In this document: positions 39,150 through 53,479 of the stretch, piece after piece | How the letters are laid out: each line of letters starts with the position of its first letter | How positions within the stretch are numbered: the stretch's first letter is position 1 | Source: the human T2T-CHM13v2.0 reference genome, Homo sapiens | Direction: 5' to 3' (one strand) | Length of the DNA: 64,000 nt | NCBI RefSeq assembly: GCF_009914755.1 | Contig: NC_060933.1 | The notes under the pieces: generated by a model | Told to the model about the DNA's origin: nothing | Seen by the model: only the letters and a program-made list of their open reading frames with translations | The model's database searches: none | Made by a program: the position numbers and the translations under genes

Positions 39150-42100
39150 AAATGGAAAATAAACCCTCCGTCCATACAAATCAAAGGTCTACATTAATGA
39201 GGGTCATTGGATAAAAATGTATTTCCCTACATGACTGCAAGGGAAAACATTAAAATGTGTGGAAGCGGTCAGGATTTAGCTTTGGAAAAACATAAGTGAA
39301 AACTTTTAAAATAAAATTATGTTGTTGTCATTTGTGAGGTATTTGTTTCTATTTTATATATACCTAAATCAGCTGGATGTGATAATGTCTCAGGAAAACA
39401 AAAATGTAAAGTATAAAAAATTTAGACAGTCTAGCATTATCATACGAACTGTTTTCTGATAATATCCAAATTAGTGAATTGGCTACCTTTAAAAGAAAGC
39501 CACAGGTTTCAAAGTTTTATCAGCCTACATGTGGATATAGCAAAATAAGGGTACTTTAAAAATGATATAAGCTAAAAATGATTAAACTAAACATACGGAC
39601 TATATAATACAGAGTGTTTTCTTCTCTATCTCAGATTTTGGCACAAATATAACATGTTTTCTAAAGGATGATATGTGTTTATCTGTGATATGTTTGTTGA
39701 AAAATTTGCATGAATGATATAAACTACTATATGTTATAGATACTATATGTTAAGAATAATCCTTCAGCAAAGTTGGGTAAGGAAAATATAAGCTGTAGTC
39801 AAAAAAAAGAAAATACAAGAAACATTACCAATATAATTGTTACATATTATATATTGAAGGGAATAAAAAATTAAATAATCTTATTGCTATATATTTAATA
39901 TGTGGACAGAACCCTTCTACTTAAATATTTTCAGTGAGCATGCAACTTTAATATACTATGTGAGTAGAATTAAACCCAAACCCAAAACCCAATCACTTTT
40001 TTGCCTTGACTGTTTTCCCAATAAAAGAAAGGAATGAAAACAATACTTTAGAAATGATTCTAAAAAGTACTATAATTTGGAAACGAATAATAGACTTGCA
40101 TTTCAGATTTTAAAGTTGCATTTCCCCAGTAGGACAACAAATTCTGTGTAGAAGGTCGATTGCTGACAAAAATCAGCGTCAGCACATCCAGAAATTGCAT
40201 CCGATCAAAAAACAAAATGAAACTACGTCTATTTAACTCAGCATCCTATTGGTGTGAAAACTGAAGTGGGAAGGAGAGAGTGGAGGGTTCTAATTGATTT
40301 TTAGAATCCAGAGAGTTAAAAAGGTTGGTGTCCAGAGTATTCAGAAATATGCACACCATATCCTAAACCAGTGAAAGAAATAAGTCTGGGCAATACTAGC
40401 TCAAGGTTTTCTTTTGTGGCTGTTGTTGTTGTTGTTTGTTTGTTTGTTTGTTTTTGTGGGGTGAAAAGAGTAACTTCTATATTTGAAAAAATTAAGCATT
40501 TCAGAATCATACATGCTTGGGTATTAAAATGGATTATTTGCCTTGTTCATTTGGGAAAGTCCCTATCAATAACAGGTGTGGCTCAATCACATCGCATTAA
40601 AAGACTAGATTGTTCCATTAATAAAGAAAAGAAGAAGCTAGAACTGTAAATCAACAGGGACTCCTAGTGAGTTATATATTAAGCAGTAATTAAATAATAG
40701 TTCATGTTGCTTTCTTTCACTGGGAATTACATCCTTTTCACCTCCTCTCTGCTAAAGCAGAGACATCCATTACGATGAGTAGCTTCAACACTTGTCAGAT
40801 CGAATCAGCTCCAAACAGCTGAAGGCCAACTGACGTGTACTCTCTTAAAGCAGGGTTTCTTCTCCCCCCAAAGCCCACTGTCCTTTCACGTGCATGCAAC
40901 AGTCAAAAGGGATCACATCACCTAATGAAGAAAAACAGAAGCATATGGTTGGAAGGGGCCCCAGCAGGAGATGGCTGAAATGCCAAGGCTTGCACATAAA
41001 CAAAATATATGCAAAAATGTGTGCTCATAGAACCTGTCAGCCACAGCTTCAGGAAATAATAAGCCTGCAAAGGAAGATAGAGTTGTACTGTGACCACAGT
41101 TACCTAGGAGTCTGTATTTTTAGTTTAATTTTTTATTGATCTATAAAGTGGTGCACCAGAGCAGGCTAGTCCCAGGTAGTTAACTATGCATAAGCAGTTG
41201 CAAAGTTCGATTTTGCTGTATAATATTGAGCCACATATTCTTCACAGTATATTTTGCTCATACCTACTGCAGACTTCCACATGACAGCTGAATTGCAAAC
41301 TGTAAGTGACTTCATTGCTGCCTTCCTTTTCGCACCCCATCGCTATGCAGGGTGAATGTTGAACTAAGTTCATGAATGCACCCTGTCTTTGTAACTGGAA
41401 CATAAGGGCTCATCTTTCCAGAGGTGTATTAATTAATATTTTAGAGGTGCATTGGGCACATTCCCTCTTACTGTTTCTTTCAAATTTGCCTCTGTGCAAA
41501 ATTAGCAGTCTTTATCAAAGCTCTTTCTTCCAGTAATGGCTCTGATCATGAGAATATGGCTGTCCTGATGCACAGAACCTTTATTATTTGTTAGTGAAAA
41601 TGCACATTATCCCTGCTTTTGACTTGTCAGCTTTTATGTTGGGACAACCTTAGTGTTATCATTTTGTATAATCAGTTTGACTGGAACTTTCAAACTTTTG
41701 TGTCCCTTTGCTGTGAACATTTTAATATTTTGTAATGATATTGTTAGAATTGGGAGATTTGTAATGACAGAACTTGAAGATGAACCCTGTGTGATTTATA
41801 AAATATGACTACAAGCATTTTACATACCAATGTTGACAACAGACAAAACAAGATATTGTTCTAAAAATCAAAAAGTGACATGGGATCTCCTGTGCATGAC
41901 TGCAGTCATGAAAAAAAATACTATCTTCAAGTTGAATAAAAATGCTTTCATTTGAGTTTTAAGCTTCAGTTGCATAAATAAGATCTTTGTTCCATTTAGA
42001 TATTTTGCATTTTATATGAGGAATAATCATATTTCTAACATTATATTAAAAATGCTTTTTTTAACCTCTAACCATCTGTTCTCAATGGCACCATTTTAAC

Positions 42101-44230
42101 CTAAGAAAGTAAACATATTTATATATTCATTTATTTTATTTAGGGGATAATATGAAAATGAGTTATCTACTTTTAATTCTTAAAAATAATTCTGTGTTGA
42201 AAAGTGCCTGAAATTATGGGACTGTCTTTGAAATTTAGCACCTGTTTGAAATTAGGAATGCAGTTAGTTATACAACAAAAAATTGGTGCAATGAAGTTTG
42301 GTTTCTCAATGCTTCAACTGCTTCATATACATTTATTGATTTGTTTGCTTCATTGTACACGTATAAATGAATAAATGGCATTTGTGAGCAATTTTCTTTT
42401 CTTTGGAAGTGATATGAAGACACTTCGCTAGGCATTAACAAAATCTGAATAGCAGGGCTTCTGTATTAATCTTTACCTTGAGCTAGCCTTTCCCGATGGA
42501 TATTCTCACTGTTGACAGCAACATGGGGTAAAAAACACATTCATGGATCATTTTTAAAAGGCTTATTTTGTTCTTTCTCTCTTGTCATTTCATCCCAAAA
42601 TTTCCACTTTGAGTAACTAAAGAAATCAGAAACTACAACTCAGGAATTTGCATCCTAATGAAACAGAGACTCCAAAACTAACACTGACTGAATCAAAAGG
42701 ATGGCAGAGCTCCAACAGGTAGCTAGTTATTGGAGTCTATTCAGGAACAACTAATTGAGCCTCAATGCCAGTAAGTGAGGCCATGCCTTACCATGCATTT
42801 TCTTCTCTATGGACAGGTATAAAGAATTGGCTTGAGATATTTCTCAGAATCACTTTTTCTTTTGGCTATGATTTTTTAGGTGGATCTAAAACAGCTCTGC
42901 TTGGCCCAGGATTGTCCCAAATGTCCTTTTAGCTACTTTATTACAGGCAATGGGAGAGTCAGAGCGAGCAACTTCAGGCAAAATGTTGACTCCTCGTGAT
43001 GTGCCTTTGATTCCAGTGCAAAGATACTCTCAGCATTCTGTTACGCCCTTGATTCATCTCTTAATGCTCAGTGTGTTAGCAAAAGCTTGGCCCTGAAGTG
43101 CTTTTTTTTTTCTTTTTTTTTTTTTTCCTGAAGTACAGCCTTTCAGACACTTCTGGCAATTTGGTTTTAAAATGTGAAATAAAGAGACTAGGTCCTTAGT
43201 GCCAGGGGGAAAAGCTGTGCTACACAATTACTAGAATAATTCAGAAAAGAAGAAAAAAAAGAAAAAAATTTGCCTGAATACTGTGGTCATTACGTATTCT
43301 GGTTGGAAAAGACCTTACTTGGCAAATATTTTGCAAGAGAATATAAATATTTCTGCACAGTCTCTAAGATAGTTTTGAGTGGTTGCTTATTTTCTTCTCT
43401 AACCCTTTGAAAAAGTCTCCAAGAATAAAGTAAAGCAGATATCTAATATCTTAACACAATAAAAAGCAAGCAAGACTATTGCACATGTTGACAAATATAA
43501 TCAATTTCTTAAAGCTTTTATTATTAGCCTCTTAGAGCATTTAAAAATTATTCCCAGTTATCATGATCATGTGCAATTTGTAACAAATAATTTAATTCAT
43601 ACTTTACTAGACAAAATATTTGAAAGAACTGACAAAATTTTATACAGAAAAATATTTATGGCCCTGATAATTTTGAATTAAAGTGGAATAATTGCTACTT
43701 CATAAACATGCAGTTCTTCCTTTTTAGTTATAAGTATTTACATTTAAAGAAGTATGGTTGGTGTTATAAAATATTTTACGTTAAATGTATATTGAGAACA
43801 AAGATAGCATGATTTTAAGGAGTACATTATTTAAATATAAACTTACATTTTCAACCTCATCAAAGGTAATGTGAGTGCAAATTAAACCCATCTTTTTTCT
43901 TATATTACTAGGATTGTACTATATCCTATGGAATTTGCAAACACTGAATATTTTCATATCTTATTTGATCTCATGAAAATGAAAAAACTACTAATATCTA
44001 ACTAGAGGCAAGTGGCAGAATCCAGCTAAACATATTTCATCAATTCCACAAAATTAAGGACTTTCCTATTGGCCAAGAAATGATGTCTCATATTTAGCTG
44101 TCGGCAGAAATCATTTCTCTTCTCAAAATTATATTCTAACGAAGGCAACTCTTACCATGGTGTTCCAGTGCAGACACTTATCTTAGAACATAGAAAGACA
44201 CATTGGATCTGTGAATGGAATCTTTTTCAC
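39150..44230 (-). pseudogene. Cysteine-rich (VWC-like) exon candidates (44230-44156, ~40200-40110, 39234-39150)
   Basis: Strong splice sites at the 44.2 kb and 39.2 kb segments; GE/IPFTDP/CVFLCSKISVCTGTP, ICCPT, GNTFLSNDPH*CRPLICMDG. Confidence 0.35.
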
Positions 44231-46619
44231 CTGGAAAAACTGCAACCCTTAGAGGGTTTTTACTTTGTTTGTTTGTTTTACTTTTATTTTAAGTTATAAA
44301 TGAAATAATGGGGAAAAAAAGCAAAGCATGTAGAAGAGATGGAAAATATAAAACAGTATGCCTGTAGGAGGATAGCAGAACTGGGTAAATTAGAAATTGA
44401 ACAAGCACATTGATGATGTTTGGTATGACTGGATTGTTGAAGCACCTCTGATAATATCCATTTGACTTTTGGAACATTTAGACCTTTCTTTGAATTATTT
44501 TTAAACAGGACAAAGAAAAAATAGCTACTGAAAGCATTCTCTTGCCTTCCCTAGTCCCTTTGATATTCCTAGATGCTAACCAAGCTTGCTTTTAAATATT
44601 GTTATTTTACTAACATCAGTGCACCCTGCTGCTCCCTAATGAGTTATTTATTTTAGTGTTGAAAGTTTGTGTAAAGGCTTTAATGTCCAAAGTATGAAAA
44701 TACAAAATGCAACTGAACCTGTGGATCAGATCCCAATAAGCAAAAAGAGGAAACCAAATAGTACATATCCTTTAAGAACATGTTGTTTGAATACAAAATC
44801 AGAATAAACATCATTATTTGATTCATGGAGTCATTTAATATATTTTTATATGAAAGTGCCAAAGCTGGATGTATAAATGTGTTCAAGTACAAAGACGCAA
44901 AGACCACGTGGTATCAGAAACAATATGAGACATGGAATTTTACTTTGCATTTTAGCAGCACTGTCAAAACATTTAGGGCTTCATGTATTTTTAAACATAG
45001 GTGTTTAACAGTGACGAATTTGCAAAGCTCTAAATATTAGCTCCTGGAGGTTATGCTTTTTATATTCGCTAATAGCATATATTATTTGACTAATTGACAG
45101 ATATTTCAGCTAAGAGAGCCAAAGTTAAATATTGTTTTGATGGAGTAGCTCCAAGGATTGACAATTTGGCACTGCCTTTCAAAGGCTTGGCATGTAGCTT
45201 TCAAAACATACTAAATCACCCACATAATCAATAATGCTGTAATAATAATAATAATAAATGGCCCTCGCACAATTAATTTTCTGTATGAATTGTGATTTCA
45301 CACCCCCTACTCATTGTCTTTGACAGGTAAATGGCTGAAGACAGAAGACTTATTATAGATTTTATATCCAGCCCATGAGGATTTTGACTGATTCCATTGA
45401 GCAGGCTCAGGTCAGCTAAGTCCTTTCCTTCAAAGCATCATGGGTGTCTCCGAGCATCATTGCAAGCTTGTCCTGGCAGTAAGCCAGGCTTCAAAAGCCT
45501 TTCACTGCAGTCACTGACTCACTAATGGGCAACTGCAGGCTTTCTGATTTTCCTTTCGTTTCATGTGTTCATTTGACATAAATTTAATTAAACCAAATCT
45601 GGTGTTAAAGCAAGACGAGATAAAAGTGATATGTTTCAAATTAAAGAACTGTGAAAGATACAGGAAATAGAATTATGCTTTTTTAAAAAAAAATCTGTTT
45701 CTGTAAAATATTGTCAGTTTTTGTAAGCTCATGACTTAAAGTTGGCCAAAAAAAAAAAAAGATACCGGTATGCATTATTAAGAATAATGTGTATCCAGGG
45801 TTAGATGAAGGTCTTGGCCCTATATTCTCTGTAGTAAAACCTTTCATAGAATTCTTATTTTTTCTTTCATTCTCACACTTCAGGTAGTCACCTCTTCACA
45901 GGATATAAGACAAGTCTGCCCTTCTGCTGGCTACATAGCTATAGTTGTTAGACAGCTCAAAAGCACACAACAGCAGAAACATGAAAAGATCATATATTAA
46001 ATATAAAAAAATCATCATTTTTCAAAGATCTCTTTTGCTTTTTACTTAAGGCTAAAGAGGAGATTGTGAGAGTGAAAAAGAGCACATTGCTTAAAAAGCT
46101 CCATTTAATTGCTTTGAATGTTGCTTTAGGAAACATCCAAGTTTCTCCTTTTTTAAAAAATCTCTTTTTGCCCATTAAAAGAAGTCTTGGACTAGAAATA
46201 CACTACATGAACTAAAAGCAGTTTTGCAATCTTCTTCAAGAATGCTCAGACTGATCCTCTTCCTTTCTGCAGCTGAAATGCTGCCACTTCCTAGGACCAC
46301 ACTCTAAGTCGCTGGATGTAAAATGATTACTCTGAGCACATACACACCAACCAGTAAGTGATTGCAGTGTCCTGTGGATAAGAATCAGAAAAACCAAAAG
46401 AACTGAGCTGGCGAGTTATGCAGTAGAAGGGAGATTCCTCGAAGCATGAAACAATGTGTGTCATATTGACCCTCCACCTTTGTTGCACCCCATCTTTTGA
46501 TGGCCAACTTCTTCTCTTGCAAACAGAACTCAGGTGCCTTCTTCATACTCCCCTGACTTGATTCGACTTTCTGTAGAATCCATTAGGGCTAAAACTCTCA
46601 GGGTTTACAATAATCAAAT

Positions 46620-46760
46620 GCATCTGTGACTTCTTTCATTTAACAGGTGAAAAACGGAAGGGCCAAGACAAATTAAGTGACTTGTCCAGGATCACACAAC
46701 CAGTTATTAGCTCTACTGAGAAAAAAATACACATCTCTTGACGCCCAGATGAGTGTTTTG
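46620..46760 (-). mobile_element. MIR
   Basis: ttaagtgacttgtccaggatcacacaaccagtta. Confidence 0.7.
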
Positions 46761-47904
46761 TTTTCGTTATTTAGCATTTCGAGTGCTTCTGTACAACATA
46801 CCATTTGTATTCTTTGAAACAAACTCTTCGGATATTTCCAGGTGTTTTTCACATTTCTGACCTGAGAGAAAGTATACCTAATGGTATAAGTAGACTTAAA
46901 ATCTATTTAAAATTCTCAAAAGTTTCTAATTCTGTTCTTTTAGTAACTACTTAAAAATGTTAATTGTCTGTCAGTCCTTTGGTTTGGAGAACTGCTTATG
47001 GGACCACTTTTAGGTTATGATAGGGAGAAGACATTACACATGAAAGCCATCCGGCTGTCTAATATTACAGAATAAGCCTACATTTCACCAGCATCCGCTC
47101 AGAGTGATAGCCCTGAATACAATGGGTATTTAATGTTCCTTAAGAAATTTCACTTGAAATGTTACTCTGAATCCAAATTATCATCAAAATGGAAAAGATA
47201 GAGATTGTTATATTTCCTGTTAGACATAGAGCCTTAAATAAACCTTCTGATTCTTTTATGCATAAACCTAAATTTACTTACAGAGTTATTACTTACTTTT
47301 TATACCTAATTATGTCTATCCGTATACACATTTCTAATATAGACTCAGGTTTTAATGAAGACTGTTTTAAAATGCTTAATGAGACTGTCAAGGTTCACAT
47401 TGATAGCCTGTGTTAACATGGCTTTATCAGTGTTTGTTCAATCTACCGAGTTTATTTATTCAGCAAATATTTATCAAAAAAGAACTCTGTGCAATTCACT
47501 GCATACTCACAGAAAAATGCTGAGCCAACCACTGAGCACTTAATAATCACTCTACATAGCAAAGATGCCATGCATTTCTTAAGGTAAATATTATGCCTTT
47601 GAGTAATTTTACAATGTTAAACTTGACATATTATCAAATTTTTATAATATTGAAATTCTAGAATTCCTTAAGTATTTTATTTTAGTAAAGGTGAAATTGC
47701 TGGCGACACACCTCAAAGGTAAAAGTTTTATAAGGTACTAGATGATCTAACCATACTACGTAATTGAATTGATTGATCGGTATGTAATTTAGAATGTTTA
47801 CAAAGCTTGCCACTCTGAACAGCTGATAGGTAAATAAACTATTTAAAATCACAAATATATGTAAAGTCCTTCAGTGTTTACCATAGTGGCAAAAATAAAA
47901 CGTC

Positions 47905-48071
47905 ATTTTTTTTTGAGACAGGGTCTCACTACATTGCCCAGGATGGAGCGCAGTGGCTAGTTAAAGGCATGATTGTAGTGTGATACAGTCTTGAATTTGT
48001 GGGTTCAAGTGATCCTCCTGCCTCAGCCTCCCAAGTAGCTGGAACTACAGGTGCATGCCACTGCGTCCAGC
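47905..48071 (-). mobile_element. FAM (fossil Alu monomer)
   Basis: Single monomer retaining the extra gtggctagttaaaggcatgattgtag segment; TSD-like taaa(ac/t)gtca. Confidence 0.8.
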
Positions 48072-49076
48072 TAAATGTCAGTTATATATAGTAATACGAT
48101 GACAATACAAAAATTTTCATTCCTTAATTTGTTGCAAATCTGTAGAATTAAACATTTTTGTTAACAAAACTAGAATACGATTTTAAAATAGCATGCTTAA
48201 TTACCACTTCCATTTCAGGAAAAAAAATATTATGCAATCTTCCTGTTTTTAGAAAAGCAGGTAAAACATAACTTTGCCTTGGTAACAAGCACATGAATCC
48301 TTGTTACAGAACACAATCTTCCTAAAGCAGAATGACTCCCAAGGTACAGGGAATCCTGAGTGTGTTTTCCAGGAAATTTTTTTTTCAAGTTTCTCAACAG
48401 TAATAAAAGACTTCTGACAAACTGGTATCAAAGATTTCTTTGAGCAAATATGAGAAACTGTCAGCTTGCCACTTCTTAATAGCAATAAGAAGCAAATTAT
48501 TTATAAAAACTGATGTGTGAAAAAATTAGAGTTCAGAGAAACAAGAAAGAATTTCCAAAGTAATCTTTAGAAATCAGGTTTTTAGAAAGTTCCCTCTGAT
48601 ATTTAAGCATATTACAGGGTATGAAGTATCTCCAATAGTCAGCATTAGGTTTAATGTCCAAACAACTGTCATCAGGTAACTAGTTCTTGAAAATAAATAA
48701 GAAGTGTAGCCTGAGGCTTGGCAGAGTCTATTCCTCTGTTGTTAAGAATTTAGATAATATCTAAGGCTTGGTGCCTCACATCTTTAACTTCCTCAGGGTG
48801 AGATTATGGTGGAGAATACTCAATACAGAACATTAAAGGAAAAGTAATTTTTTTTAGAACAACCATTGTTTGGTAAATATGGGTGAGTGATGGTCTTTAT
48901 AAGCCTCTATGGCCTCCCACGCTTGTATCTTATTTGGTATCATATTAGATAAAATCAATCCTTCCCACAGAATGTCTTCTAGGTCATGCAGCCTAAGACT
49001 TCCTTCTTCTCCCCTCCTGCTCCTCCTTTTTCTCCTCCTTCTTTTAAGAAAACCACAGTAAGAATAAAAAGAGTTC

Positions 49077-49431
<355 letters not shown>

Positions 49432-49571
49432 TTATTTATTTTCTGATTGACAGAGTCTTTGGCAAGGAATATTTTGTCAAACAAAACTTTACTAATCTAC
49501 GTTATATGCTAACGTAGAAACTGTTAAGAGGAAATATGAAAATAACTCTAAGGCCTAAATGCTGTAGAGTA

Positions 49572-50060
49572 AGAGTTAGCAAGTAAACTAAATATAGTTA
49601 ATATTTTAGGTTTTGCAGGTGATACACTCTTGGCCACAACTGCTCAGTTCTGCTGTTGCAGAACTTATGCTGTCTTTAATAATATCTAGATATTTTGCTT
49701 ATAACTTGTTGTGGATTAATTTTGATTTTTAACATATTGCATTAAATATGGCTTATCTTCATGACTGAACTTTTTGCACCCCTCCCCACCCTTAGGTTCT
49801 GTGCCTGAGGTGAGTACCTAAATTGCCTTAGCCTAGTTTCAGCCCTATGTAGCACAAAAGCAGCCACAGACAATACATGTATAGATCAGCATGCCTGTAT
49901 TTCAAAAAGTTATATTTATAACACACTGAAACTTAAATTTCATATTATTTTCACATGACATGAAATATTATTATTTTCAATTTTCAGTATTTAACATCAT
50001 AAAAATCATTCTTAGCTCACTGGTCAAAAGTTAGAGGCCATTAGGTCATAGTAGGTGGAG
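49572..50060 (+). mobile_element. MER58B with nested MER96B-like hAT fragment (~49650-49846)
   Basis: MER58 sequence stops at ctgctgttgca and resumes at tgtagcacaaaagcagccacagacaa. Confidence 0.65.
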
Positions 50061-51724
50061 CTTTATAGAAATTCAGGTCTGTTTTACTTTGTACGAGACT
50101 ACTTTGCAAAAGTTGCATTCACATTTAAAAGGCTGTAAAACGATAATAGTTGTCTTAGGGGAATGAAATTATGGGTAACTATTTCCTCTGTACTGTGGTT
50201 GTGTTGCTTTCATAATTACAACCACTCAAAATATTAATTGATAGCTTATTTTATAATAAATTGAATAACTTCTGTTAGATTGCATCAGAATCTCAAAACT
50301 ATGTGAGTTCATTTTTTTTATTGATTTTCAGTGAGCAGTTATTCTTAACAGAAGATTTCAAACTAACCATTACTTATCCCTTAAGTCAAGTTTTTTATGA
50401 TCTGTGGACAAAAGCAGACATTTCACAGGCACTTGAGCTCATAATTCATTGTCATTAAATGTTAAATGGTAAATAAAAATACCACTTATAAATCTACCAT
50501 TTGAACATTCAAATCCTTGAGTATTTAAAAAATGATTATAACCACCCTTTAAACATAGACTATCCATCTCCTTCATAGGATAAGTATTCTAAAGAAAGGT
50601 GGTAAGGTGCAATGGAAAAACAAACAAAAAATCCCTATAGATTTGGGGGTCATAAATAATCTGGGTCTTTACCACAAATTTGTTTCTCGAATGGGTAATA
50701 GATAACTAGCACTTCTTTTCTGTTATTAGATTCTAGGAAAAGAAGAAGATTTTCTCATCATTACTTGGGTGCAGTGAGGAGCTAAATTTGTGGAATCAGA
50801 GTCAAATTTGAAACAAATTTGTCCATGAAAAAGTCATAAAAATTGGTTAAGACCTCTAGCATTAGTAGTTCCATGTGGCAATCAAATAGCTTGTGTGGGG
50901 CTGACTGTTTAATTTACTACACTATCTCTAATAACTTTTCTTATCCAATAATGTGTTTCATATTGTAAACTGCTTACATCCCATCATAAGTTTGCTTCAC
51001 AAATTGTGAGTTTAGCTTTATAAGTGCACATAAAGTTATGCATGGCTTAAGTGATACTATAAATAAATAAAACATAAAAGATACTGCCTATCTGGCTGCA
51101 GAAGTAAACTACCACCAGATTTCAGCCCAGTTGGCACAAGAATAATGCTTTGGAGCAATTCAAGTCTGAAACAGCTTCAGTGATACCATTTAAGCTTGAG
51201 GTATATTGGCAGAGCAAGGATATGACTAAACTAAATTTGGCTTAAGCCACCTATTACTCATACCCTCTTTCTACTGCATTCACACTTCAATTAACAAACT
51301 GTATATGATACACACACATATATTTATAGTTTATATTTTTCCTGTGTTGGCAATGAAACTTTTTAAATTACCTTCTGTAAGCTGTGAGAATCTTCTATTT
51401 GAATCTATTTGACAAGATAAGACTTAGCTTCAAAAGTGGTGGGGTACATGGGTTTTTCCTGTTCATCTTTAAAAAAGAGTTAACATTTGTGCACTTTAAC
51501 TTACCTCATTACCACTCCTTACTCCTCTTGCTAAGTGGGATATGATCATCACATCCTTTTTATAATAACTAACACTTACTCAGAAGGAGGCTGTATGTCA
51601 AGCATTTTGTATGTGCTACTATTATTTTCAATAGTGTGATAGATACACCGAGATTTCAAAGTTAGAAAAATCCACCCAAGTTACAAGGTCAGCATCTTCT
51701 TTAGTCAAGGCATCATTCTCTACT

Positions 51725-53150
51725 CTTTTAAAGGTGAAGTTTATTGAGGTATAATTTACATACATGAGGAGGCACCATTTTCTATGAGTTTTGACAAATA
51801 TTCTAAGTGTGTAACCACCACCACAGTCAACAGAAAAATATTTTCATGACTCTTGATGGTCAATCCACTTTCCCTACCTGGCTGGCTGCTACTGACATTA
51901 CTGTCATTATATGTTTGTCTTTACTAGAATGTCATAAAATTGTAATCACATAGTATGTGGCCTTTCGTGTGAACTTCTTTTCTTGGCATGCTACTTTAAG
52001 ATGTATCTTCATTTTTGCATGTTAATTCCTCTTTAGTGATAAGTTGTATTACATTGAATGGAAGTACTTTGTTTATTCATTCACTAGTTAACGGACATTT
52101 GTGTTGTGTCCAGTTTTTAACAGTTAACGAATAAAGTCACTATAACCATTCATGTACATATATTTGTATGGGCATGTATTTTCATTTATCTGGGTAAATA
52201 CGTAGTGGGTCATAAATATGTTTGTTGTTTGTATGTTTCACTTAAGCAGAAACTACCAGACTGTTTTCCAAAGGGACTACTTTTTTTTTGCATTCCTATA
52301 AGCAATGTCTGAGATTTCCAGTTGCTCTACATCCTCATGAGCTATTTTAAGCTCTGTGTAGTGAAATTTTATTGTAATTTCTATTTCCCCAGTCAATAAT
52401 GATGTTGAGCATCTTTTTGTGTTGCCTGTTTGTCACTTGTCTTTTTTCTTTGGTAAAGTGTCTTTTCGAATCTTTTGCTCTTTTTGAAAATTTGATTGTT
52501 TTCTTACTACTGAGTTCTAAGATTATTAAAATATATTGGAGGAACAAATACTGTGTCAACTCTGTTATGCAAATATTCTCTCCCTGTCTGTGACTTGTTT
52601 AAACCTTTAAAAACAGTTACTTTAAGAAGAGTAAATGCTTTTAATTCTAATGAAGTCCAATTTATCATTTCTTCTTTTATAATTTGTGCATTTTTTCCTA
52701 AGAATTTTTTCTGAGCCCAAGATCACAAAGAGTTTCTTCTATATTATATTCTAGAAATTTATAGGTTTAGCTTAATTTGTATCTACGATTCATTTTAAGT
52801 TAATTTTTGTGTATGGTTCAAGGTATAGATAGAGGTTCAATTATTTGCAATTGTTGAAAAGACTATCTTTCCCCCACTGAAGTATATTTACACCTTTTCC
52901 AAAAACAATTGCCCAAATATTGATAGGTATAACCTGGTTTCCTATCATGATGCATTTATCTCTATGTCTATAATTATGCCAGTATATACTGTCTTGATAT
53001 TGGAGCCATATTGCAAGTCTTAGTCATATAATGTAATTAGTCAACTTTGCTCTTCTTTTTCATTGTTTTCTTTTAAGCAGTGCTTTGTAACAGAGCTTTA
53101 TACTAATATTCTAAAGACACTAGTTAATAACCTCTAAAATCCTGCTATGG
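51725..53150 (-). mobile_element. Old L1M (MC/MD-like) 3' end
   Basis: tttattgaggtataatttacatac, tgatgttgagcatcttttt, taatgaagtccaatttatca. Confidence 0.85.
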
Positions 53151-53479
53151 TGTATGTTTTAATGTGTTTACTACTTAGAGATGTATTACTCTCTCTTACA
53201 CCTCTAAGGAGAAAGTTTAAGTTCTTCAAAAAATGGGACTCTTTATTCAGTAGGTGACATCATTAATCAATTTAATATTTATAACAGTCCCACACCCTGC
53301 AGTTGAAAATTTTAAGACTGTGGCAGACGAATCACATTTTTAATAGATCATCAAAATGTACTATTAAAATATCTATCTTATATTAAAAATTTGTTTAGGG
53401 TAACAAGAATCTGAAGAAAATCTTAAATCTGAAATAAAAATTATACTAGTTTATTTTTAAAGAATTATCATAAAAATAT

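Noticed and set aside
40745-40900. CMHVKGQW..GE and NGCLC as one VWC domain
   Set aside because: The spacing (~30 aa) is too long for a VWC domain and there is no clear acceptor.
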